22,381 nucleotides of DNA from Verrucomicrobiota bacterium (GCA_003219465.1 QHOX01000052.1:1-22381), one strand, 5' to 3'; counted from the first letter of the stretch, positions 7,556 to 15,857 are shown. A program made the numbers and translations. The notes: generated by a model not told the origin, from the sequence alone.

Positions 7556-9259
7556 TCAGCTCACGTCTCCGACGGTGATCGAGATGATTTCATCGGCAGA
7601 TGTGAGACCGGCGAGTACCTTGCGCACTCCATCTTCGCGCAGGGTTCGCATGCCGAGTTCGCGTGCTTTTTGTCGCAGGATAAAAGTCGAAGTGCGTTTG
7701 TTGATCATGTGGCGCACTTCATCGTCGATCACAAAAATTTCAAATATGCCCATACGGCCTTTGTAGCCGATTTGCCGGCACAACTCGCAGCCGACCGGCC
7801 TCATCACCTGTGCGTCTGAGAGCTGGCCAGGCTCAATCTGGAGCGCGCGCAACTCGGTATCCGTGAGTTCGCTCGGTTGTTTGCAGTTGCTGCACAAACG
7901 ACGGACCAGCCTTTGCGCCATCACCGCGCGCACCGAAGACGCGACGAGAAACGGCTGCACGCCGAGATCAATCAAACGGGCGACAGCCGAAGGAGCGTCA
8001 TTCGTGTGCAGCGTACTGAAAACGAGATGGCCGGTGAGACTCGAGTTGGTGGAGATGCTTGCAGTTTCGAGATCGCGAATCTCGCCGATCATAATGATAT
8101 TCGGCGCCTGGCGCAGGATGGAACGCAACGCGGCCGGAAACGTCATACCAATCTCCGTATTCACCTGCACCTGATTGATCCCCGTCATCTGATACTCGAT
8201 CGGCTCCTCGACGGTGATGATTTTACGGTCGGGTTTATTGATGCAATTGAGACAAGCGTAAAGCGTGGTCGTTTTGCCGGAGCCGGTGGGCCCGGTCACC
8301 AGCAGAATGCCATCCGGCAATCTGAGCAGGCGCTCGAAGGTTTCCTGGTCGTCCGAAAAAAATCCAAGCTCTGGCAATCCAAGCTTCAAGCTTGATTTAT
8401 CGAGAATACGCAAAACCATGCTTTCGCCGTGATTGGTGGGCATGGTCGAGACACGAAGATCGACCGGCTTCTTTTTAATCCTTACCTGTATTCGGCCATC
8501 CTGCGGCAGACGTTTTTCCGCGATACTCATCGAGCCAGTCATGATCTTGAGCCGGCTGATAATGGCTGATTGCAGACGCTTTGGCGGCGACTGCATTTCC
8601 TGCAGCACGCCATCGATGCGGAATCGGACGCGAAATTTTTTGTCCATCGGTTCGAGGTGAATGTCGCTGGCGCCGGCACGGTGCGCTTCGATCAGTAACA
8701 TCGACACAAGCCGGACAATCGGCGCGTCCGCTTCATCAATTGGGGTCGCTTCTGTGCCATCGCCAATTTCCAATCCAAGATCGATTTCCTCGCCAAGTTG
8801 CTTTTGCAGGACGTCCGCGGCTTCATCGGCCGTGCCGTAGTATTTGATCAACGCTTCGCGAATTTTTTTCGGACTCGTGCAAACCAGTTCCAGCTCGCGT
8901 TGCAGGAGAAAGCCAAGGCTGTCGATCGTGTCGATGTCGAGCGGGTTGCCCACTGCGACCACTAGCCCGCTCTCGCCAAATGCGACCGGGATCACTTTGA
9001 ACCGCCGCGCGTCTTCTCCTCGAATTTCATTGATGACCTGTGGCGGAATGATCATGGTGGAGATGTCGATCCAATCCATGTGCGCCTGCGCAGCGAGCGT
9101 GCGCGAGACGTCGACCTCGGACAAACTTCCGTCGTTGATCAGAACGTCGAGCACGCCAGGCTCGCCGTTCAGACGTGAGCGTGCGCCGTCGATTTGTTTG
9201 CGGGTGAGGAGTCCTCCGTCTTGGAGAACTCCGAGCACGTAGTCTTCGTTATATTGCAC
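7556..9259 (-). CDS. gspE: GspE/PilB-type secretion ATPase, copy 1 (operon-proximal)
   Basis: N-terminal T2SE_N-like domain, Walker A GPTGSGKTTT, Asp box ITVEEPIEY, Walker B IIMIGEIRD, His box TGHLVFSTLHTNDA, tetracysteine CSNC...CELC. The start is GTG at 9259; there is no in-frame ATG near the 5' end. Confidence 0.9.
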   Translation of the reverse strand: MQYNEDYVLGVLQDGGLLTRKQIDGARSRLNGEPGVLDVLINDGSLSEVDVSRTLAAQAHMDWIDISTMIIPPQVINEIRGEDARRFKVIPVAFGESGLVVAVGNPLDIDTIDSLGFLLQRELELVCTSPKKIREALIKYYGTADEAADVLQKQLGEEIDLGLEIGDGTEATPIDEADAPIVRLVSMLLIEAHRAGASDIHLEPMDKKFRVRFRIDGVLQEMQSPPKRLQSAIISRLKIMTGSMSIAEKRLPQDGRIQVRIKKKPVDLRVSTMPTNHGESMVLRILDKSSLKLGLPELGFFSDDQETFERLLRLPDGILLVTGPTGSGKTTTLYACLNCINKPDRKIITVEEPIEYQMTGINQVQVNTEIGMTFPAALRSILRQAPNIIMIGEIRDLETASISTNSSLTGHLVFSTLHTNDAPSAVARLIDLGVQPFLVASSVRAVMAQRLVRRLCSNCKQPSELTDTELRALQIEPGQLSDAQVMRPVGCELCRQIGYKGRMGIFEIFVIDDEVRHMINKRTSTFILRQKARELGMRTLREDGVRKVLAGLTSADEIISITVGDVS

Positions 9260-9630
9260 CTGGGGAAAAACGCTGCGCCCAGTGTAGCGTAAACTGGCTT
9301 TATTTCCAGCAGTCGCGATTTCGGCACTATGAACGTACGTTCAAACCTGCCTGAACTGGAGATCCTCCGCCAAACTGCCATCCAAATTTATCTCGCGGTT
9401 GTGGTGATCACTTTGCATGACTCCGGAGCTTAATCTGGTGCGCGAACCGTCGCGACTGAACTGGTAAACTGCGAGGCAAAATTCCGATTCACGGCACATG
9501 AGAATCTTTTCGCGTTCTGGGACAGGATCCTTGGAACCACCCTAATTGCGCGGAGGTTTAGGTTAGCCCTAATCGGGCTTGAGTTGCTAAACCCATGTCC
9601 TTACAATCGGCCGAAGAAAAGGAGCAAGAG

Positions 9631-10083
9631 ATGAAAAGCTACATTCGACGAATCGCGGCGGCTCTTTCGGTTGGCATCCTTGTGCTACCGGCACTTACGC
9701 CGTCCGCGCAACCCCAAAAACCTCCGTGGTGGTATTATGCCTGCTTTCAAGACTTCATTCCGCAAGCCCCCGGCAATATACCCGACCCAGGCACTAAAGG
9801 ATGGGCCCAATATCAAAGCTGTTTAGAACAACAGTTAAGCGTGTCGCCTCAACAGAGTGCCAAGATCGTGCCCATTCTCGCCAATGAAGGACGAAAGGTA
9901 ATAGCGATCAGAAACAACAATTTGCTTTCGAACGCTCAAAAAATTCAAGAGGTTAAGACAGTGCAGCAACAGTCCGATCCGAAGTTGAAGGCGATTCTCT
10001 CATCTGCTCAATACGACAAGCTACAAGTCGGCCGCAAACAGGCCGTCCGATGGGCCACTCAGCCAAGACTCGGTTGGCAGTAA
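9631..10083 (+). CDS. Hypothetical secreted protein (weak Spy/CpxP LTXXQ-like flavour)
   Basis: ATG 9631 is preceded by AAGGAG (9618-9623). The N-terminus looks like a signal peptide ([28 protein letters not shown]). Two L-S-x-x-Q-type segments are present ([21 protein letters not shown]). I recognise no firm homology. Confidence 0.5.
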   Translation: MKSYIRRIAAALSVGILVLPALTPSAQPQKPPWWYYACFQDFIPQAPGNIPDPGTKGWAQYQSCLEQQLSVSPQQSAKIVPILANEGRKVIAIRNNNLLSNAQKIQEVKTVQQQSDPKLKAILSSAQYDKLQVGRKQAVRWATQPRLGWQ

Positions 10084-10215
10084 AGGAGGAGTGTTTCTGG
10101 AACTCGAATCGGCGAGTCGCGCGAGCAGCGCGAATTGAGTTGCACGGGCAAGACGCAACGATTAATAGCCGCTAAGAGCGGCAGTGAAAGTTCGCGCGGC
10201 TCTCTGATGGGGGAC

Positions 10216-10289
10216 CGGAGCCTACGGGGCTCGAACCCGCAACCTCCGCCGTGACAGGGCGGCGCTCTAACCAATTGAGCTAAGGCTCC
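10216..10289 (-). tRNA. tRNA-Asp (anticodon GTC)
   Basis: The complement folds by hand into a 74-nt cloverleaf. Acceptor GGAGCCT/AGGCTCC; D arm GCTC-AATTGGTTA-GAGC; anticodon arm CCGCC-CTGTCAC-GGCGG; variable loop AGGTT; T arm GCGGG-TTCGAGC-CCCGT; discriminator G. CCA is not encoded. Confidence 0.95.
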
Positions 10290-10387
10290 CGAGCAAAACC
10301 GAACGTAGCGGCGTCGCCGTCTACTGCAACTCACGCGAGCAGTCCAGCGGTGCGGAACGAATCACTGCTCGGGAAAATCCAAGCTCC

Positions 10388-10494
10388 AACTTCCAAATCT
10401 CAAACAATCTTAATCTCAAATGCAACGGGGAGTTTGCAGGCTGGGAACGTGAGCATGTGCCTGAAGTTTTTTTGGCGATTGGGATTTGGAAGTT
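10388..10494. repeat. Long imperfect hairpin / microrepeat element between tRNA-Asp and mpa
   Basis: A perfect 12-bp inverted repeat, AACTTCCAAATC (10388-10399) / GATTTGGAAGTT (10483-10494), encloses AATCT-rich microrepeats (CAAATCT CAAACAATCT TAATCT CAAATG). It also encloses an inner hairpin, TGCAA 10421-10425 / TTGCA 10434-10438. Confidence 0.5.
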
Positions 10495-10581
10495 AGAATT
10501 TCCGCGAGCTTGATGGTCGCGGTCGGTTGAACATTTTGGGGATGCGTAGCGTCGAATTCCGAAAGGTTTCGCGAGTCAACA

Positions 10582-10609
10582 TTGCGAACACGCCTGATGA
10601 CGGTATAAT
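10582..10609 (+). promoter_or_regulatory. Candidate sigma70-type promoter for mpa
   Basis: TTGCGA (10582-10587), a 16-nt spacer, then TATAAT (10604-10609), about 33 nt upstream of the mpa ATG 10642. This is a sequence match only. Confidence 0.35.
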
Positions 10610-10641
10610 TAACTCGGTTCGGCGGATTGACCCAAACCATA

Positions 10642-12324
10642 ATGAGCGACGAGCGCAGTGAGGGATTGCAGGGTGCGGAAGGAGAGTCGGGTCCGGAAAA
10701 TCTCCTCGATTCATTCGATCAAGTAATCGGGTCGTTACCGCCGGGCGATCCGGTTCGGCGTGAATTGTTGCAGCTGCGTCCGCAGATTCTCGATCAGCAG
10801 GAAACGATGGTCGAGGCGCGCCGGCTGATTGAGAAGCTGGAGGAAGTCGTCAAAAAAGTGACTTCACCTGCGAACCGCATCGGCACCTTTCTCGGCGCCA
10901 CTTCGAAGGAGACCGCGCACATCGTGGTTGGCGGCGCCGATTATTATTGCAACGTCGATCCGCGCATACCGCTGTCGAGATTGAAAAAAGGCACGCGCGT
11001 TTTGGTCAACGAAGCGTTCGTTATTGTCGGTGATCTGGGATTCGAGACGGCGGGTCCGGTCACGAAAATCACCGAGGTCATAGGCAAGGACCGATTGCGC
11101 GTGGGTTCGGAACACGGGTTGCATTCGATGGTGCTGCAGCGCTCCTCAGAACTTGCTCACTCCAACTTGAAATCGGGCGACGAAGTCCGCGTTGATTCTA
11201 ATTACCGCATGGCGTTGGAGATGCTCTCGAGCACTAAATCGGACGAATACTACCTCGACACTGTGCCGGAGTTGCCGTGGGAGAAAGTCGGAGGACAGGA
11301 AGCCGCACTACAAGCAATCAAAGACGCAATCGAACTGCCGCTCTTGCATCCTGATCTTTTCAAGAAATTTCAGCACGCTACGCCCAAAGGCTTTCTGCTT
11401 TACGGACCGCCCGGTTGCGGCAAGACGCTGATTGGTAAGGCGACTGCATTCAATTTGACCAAGCAACTCGGCGCAAAAACTGGTAGTGAAATGCGCGAAT
11501 ATTTCATGCACGTGAAAGGTCCCGAGATCCTCAACATGTGGGTAGGCGAATCGGAACGCATGGTGCGCGAGATTTTTGCAACCGCACGTGAGAAACGGAA
11601 GGAAGGTTTCATGCCATTCCTTTTCATCGATGAAGCCGAATCGATCCTCGGCACCCGACGCGCATCGCGTTACTCCAATATTCTTTCAACACTGGTGCCG
11701 ATGTTCTGTTCGGAGATGGACGGCATCGATTCGCTCAACGACGTCGTCATTATTCTCGCCTCGAACCGGGCGGATCTGATCGATCCCGCAATTTTGCGTC
11801 CGGGTCGCATCGACCGAAAGATCAAAGTCAATCGCCCGGATAAGGACGGCACGCGTGAAATTTATCGGATCTATCTCACCGACAATCTGCCATACGACGG
11901 CGTGCTTGCCAAGGAGGCTGATGGAATCGGCGCGTCCATCGAACGCTTGATCGAGCGTTTTGTTGACTGGCAATTTGCCCGCCGCGATGAAAATAAATTT
12001 TTGGAAGTGACCCTTCGCAGCGGTCGCAAAGAAACGCTTTACCGCAGCGATCTTATCAGCGGCGCAATTATCGCCTCGATCGTGGAGCGCGCGAAGGCGA
12101 TCGCGATTAAACGGGCCATCGGAACTCAACAGGAGGAAGGAGTTCGGGAAACGGACCTTCAACTCGCCTTTAACGCAGAGTACGCGGAGAACGACATTTT
12201 CCCGGCCACGGACATTACCGAGGATTGGCTCAAGCTGATCGATTACGATCCGGAAAACGTCGTGAAAATTTCACCGGTTAGGCCAGTGTCGGATGCGCGC
12301 GTGCGTACAACGTCGGTGATCTAA
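10642..12324 (+). CDS. mpa: Proteasome-associated AAA+ ATPase of the Mpa/ARC family
   Basis: Acidic N-terminal tail, predicted coiled coil (RRELLQLRPQILDQQETMVEARRLIEKLEEVVKKV), OB-like middle region. The AAA+ module has Walker A GPPGCGKT (11404-11427), Walker B FLFIDEAES and SNRADLIDPAILRPGRIDRKIKV. By eye it is collinear with M. tuberculosis Mpa, including the family blocks VKGPEILN.WVGESER, NKFLEVT and AEND.FP...EDW near the C-terminus. I prefer ATG 10642 over the track's TTG 10627. Confidence 0.9.
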   Translation: MSDERSEGLQGAEGESGPENLLDSFDQVIGSLPPGDPVRRELLQLRPQILDQQETMVEARRLIEKLEEVVKKVTSPANRIGTFLGATSKETAHIVVGGADYYCNVDPRIPLSRLKKGTRVLVNEAFVIVGDLGFETAGPVTKITEVIGKDRLRVGSEHGLHSMVLQRSSELAHSNLKSGDEVRVDSNYRMALEMLSSTKSDEYYLDTVPELPWEKVGGQEAALQAIKDAIELPLLHPDLFKKFQHATPKGFLLYGPPGCGKTLIGKATAFNLTKQLGAKTGSEMREYFMHVKGPEILNMWVGESERMVREIFATAREKRKEGFMPFLFIDEAESILGTRRASRYSNILSTLVPMFCSEMDGIDSLNDVVIILASNRADLIDPAILRPGRIDRKIKVNRPDKDGTREIYRIYLTDNLPYDGVLAKEADGIGASIERLIERFVDWQFARRDENKFLEVTLRSGRKETLYRSDLISGAIIASIVERAKAIAIKRAIGTQQEEGVRETDLQLAFNAEYAENDIFPATDITEDWLKLIDYDPENVVKISPVRPVSDARVRTTSVI

Positions 12325-12353
12325 TGCGGCTACAATGACGGTGATTCCAGATT

Positions 12354-12376
12354 GTAGGGGAAGCTGACAGCTTCCC
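12354..12376 (+). repeat. REP-like element (GTAG + 8-bp stem) in the mpa-dop spacer
   Basis: ATTGTAGGG context, as at 3766. GTAG 12354-12357, stem GGGAAGCT 12358-12365 / AGCTTCCC 12369-12376, loop GAC. Confidence 0.7.
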
Positions 12377-12498
12377 ACGAATATGGCCGAACCCCCCGCG
12401 GTTGCCAGCGGGAGAACTCGATTATGTACTTTGTGACCATCTGTGTGAAAGATCGACGGTGAAGGGTATTGGAGCACGATGAGGAGAGCAGGGATCAA

Positions 12499-14022
12499 AT
12501 GAGACGCGTCTTTGGGCTGGAGACGGAGTACGGCATCACGCTGTCTGGTGCGGAGACGGTGGATGTTGTCGCTGAATCGATCGAGTTGGTGCGCCGTTAT
12601 ACCGATCACGGCGCGCTGATGAAATGGGACTATGATCTTGAAGATCCGCACCTCGACGCTCGGGGATTTCGCGCCCGGGAATTACTTCAAGACACCGACG
12701 AATCGGCTTACTATGAGATCGACAAACGTCGCCCGCTTAGCTTCGAGGAAATAAAAAGCGACCTTGTACTTTCAAACGGCGCGCGGTTCTACAACGATCA
12801 CGCGCACCCGGAATATTCGACGCCAGAATGCACGACTCTCCAGCAAATTGTCGCGCAGGATAAAGCCGGCGAACGCATCCTTGCAGAATGCGCACGCCGC
12901 CGGAACCAAAAATTACCATCCGGTTACGAGGTCCGTCTTTACAAGAACAACACCGATTTTGCCGGCCACAGCTATGGTTGCCACGACAATTTCCTGATGA
13001 TCCGCGACATTCCGTGGGATCGGATCGTTTCCGGCATCCTGCCGTTTCTTGTCACGCGCCAGATTTTTTCCGGAGCAGGCAAAATGGGGATTGAAGCCGA
13101 AAGCACCCAAGGAGATCCGGGAATTTACCAGATTTCGCAACGCGCCGATTTTTTCAGCGTGGTGGTCAGCATTGACACTATGAATCGACGTCCGCTGATC
13201 AACACACGCGATGAGCCGCATGTGGACGCGAGCCGGTACCGGCGGTTTCACGTGATCCTCGGCGATTCCAACATGAGCGAATGGGCCACCGCGATGAAGA
13301 TTGGGACCACCGCGCTGGTCCTGGATCTGATCGAGCGTGGCGAAGCGCCACAGTTGGAAATTGCGCAACCGGTAGACGCCAACAAATCAATCAGTCGCGA
13401 TCAAACTTACGATTGGATTATCGAACTGAAGGATGGCCGCAAAATTTCTGCAATTGATGTGCAACGCATTTATTTGCAGGCTGCAAGCAAGTTGTGGCGC
13501 GATCCGCCAGACGAGGAGCACGCATGGGTTTTGTCGGAGTGGGAAAATGTTCTGAACGATCTTGAACGCGACCCGATGTCAACACGGGATCGCGTCGATT
13601 GGTCGGCCAAAAAATTCCTGCTGGATGCCTTGCAACAAGACGAGAAACTTTCATGGAGTGATCCCTGGCTGCAATCGATCGACCTCGAGTATCACAATCT
13701 CGATCTCGACCGCGGATTGTACTACGAATTGTTGCGCAACGGTATTATGCGCCGCATCACCAGCGAGGACGAAATCAAGCTCGCGATCTTTAATCCGCCG
13801 GAAACCACTCGCGCGTTTTTCCGCGGCCGCGCGGTGGCGCGTTTCAACGACCAGATCTCGTCCATTCAGTGGGACGAAATCGTTTTTTCAAACGGCGCCT
13901 ACTCTCACCGCGTCGCTCTACCTGAAGCCGCGATGGATGCGCGGCTCGACGCACTCAATCGCGCCGCGCGCAACGGCAAGGATTTTCCGGAGTTCATGAG
14001 CGCCATCGCGCATATCGGTTGA
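12499..14022 (+). CDS. Pup-ligase superfamily enzyme (Dop/PafA family), Dop-like by motif (deamidase/depupylase-like)
   Basis: N-terminus MRRVFGLETEYGI, then NGARFYNDHAHPEYSTPEC, YKNNTDFAGHSYGCHDNFLM, LPFLVTRQIFSGAGK, INTRDEPHVDASRYRRFHVILGDSNMSEWATAMKIGTTALVLDLIE and PPETTRAFFRG. It is collinear with actinobacterial Dop/PafA from memory. I prefer ATG 12499, which has AGGGA 5 nt upstream; the track ORF begins at TTG 12469. Confidence 0.9.
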   Translation: MRRVFGLETEYGITLSGAETVDVVAESIELVRRYTDHGALMKWDYDLEDPHLDARGFRARELLQDTDESAYYEIDKRRPLSFEEIKSDLVLSNGARFYNDHAHPEYSTPECTTLQQIVAQDKAGERILAECARRRNQKLPSGYEVRLYKNNTDFAGHSYGCHDNFLMIRDIPWDRIVSGILPFLVTRQIFSGAGKMGIEAESTQGDPGIYQISQRADFFSVVVSIDTMNRRPLINTRDEPHVDASRYRRFHVILGDSNMSEWATAMKIGTTALVLDLIERGEAPQLEIAQPVDANKSISRDQTYDWIIELKDGRKISAIDVQRIYLQAASKLWRDPPDEEHAWVLSEWENVLNDLERDPMSTRDRVDWSAKKFLLDALQQDEKLSWSDPWLQSIDLEYHNLDLDRGLYYELLRNGIMRRITSEDEIKLAIFNPPETTRAFFRGRAVARFNDQISSIQWDEIVFSNGAYSHRVALPEAAMDARLDALNRAARNGKDFPEFMSAIAHIG

Positions 14023-14034
14023 GGCAGCCTCTCT

Positions 14035-14061
14035 CAATCGCAAATCGGAAATCGAAAATCG
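14035..14061. repeat. Tandem (N)AAATCG heptamer microrepeat filling the dop/guaA convergent spacer
   Basis: CAATCG CAAATCG GAAATCG AAAATCG (14035-14061) lies within the 41-nt spacer 14023-14063. Confidence 0.6.
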
Positions 14062-14063
14062 CC

Positions 14064-15656
<1,593 letters not shown>

Positions 15657-15659
15657 ACT

Positions 15660-15857
15660 CTACGGATGCGTTTGCGGCACGCTATGCTCCGCCGCTGGGT
15701 CGTCGGGCGCTCGCTCCAATGGTCCGATCGTTCCCTGACCGGTGACGCCGCGCTCGAACTGTTGTTGCACTTCGCCTGTGGTCCGTTGTTCCAGAGGGTC
15801 CGCGCAGCCGCTCAAGGCCAGCAATACCATTGCGAGCGGAATTGAAACGGGCCTCAT
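15660..15857 (-). CDS. Small putative lipoprotein (65 aa), hypothetical
   Basis: ATG 15857. The stop at 15660-15662 is 3 nt upstream of the guaA GTG. The N-terminus MRPVSIPLAMVLLALSGC carries a lipobox (L-S-G-C). I recognise no homology and see no obvious SD. Confidence 0.4.
   Translation of the reverse strand: MRPVSIPLAMVLLALSGCADPLEQRTTGEVQQQFERGVTGQGTIGPLERAPDDPAAEHSVPQTHP

Noticed and set aside
7064-9259. c-di-GMP-binding MshEN motifs in the N-terminal domains of the two GspE paralogues.
   Set aside because: The segments (YVLGVLQDGGLLTRKQIDGARS, VLDVLINDGSLSEVDVSRTLAAQ, and their equivalents in copy 2) match the RLGxx(L/V)(L/V)xxG(L/I)(L/I)xxxxLxxxLxxQ pattern only loosely. The leading Arg and several anchor positions are missing, which is too weak to call by eye.
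9329-9433. A 34-codon ORF (MNVRSNLPELEILRQTAIQIYLAVVVITLHDSGA) in the 335-nt region upstream of gspE-1.
   Set aside because: It has no SD and no recognisable motif, and it lies in what is probably the promoter/leader of the divergently arranged genes. I cannot tell it apart from chance.
10216-10289. A tRNA-Asp-associated genomic island.
   Set aside because: I found no integrase gene and no direct repeat of the tRNA 3' half elsewhere in the window. The flanking genes are a small hypothetical gene and the mpa module, with no mobility genes.
10059-10334. A 91-aa minus-strand ORF.
   Set aside because: It is a translation through the tRNA-Asp gene and its flanks, not a protein gene.
12325-12498. 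A pup/UBact gene in the mpa-dop spacer.
   Set aside because: I translated the forward frames by hand. The only ATG ORFs are MRLQ* (12324-12338), MTVIPDCRGS* (12335-), MAEPPAVASGRTRLCTL* (12383-) and MYFVTICVKDRR* (12424-). None is long enough or ends in a plausible G-Q/E tail.
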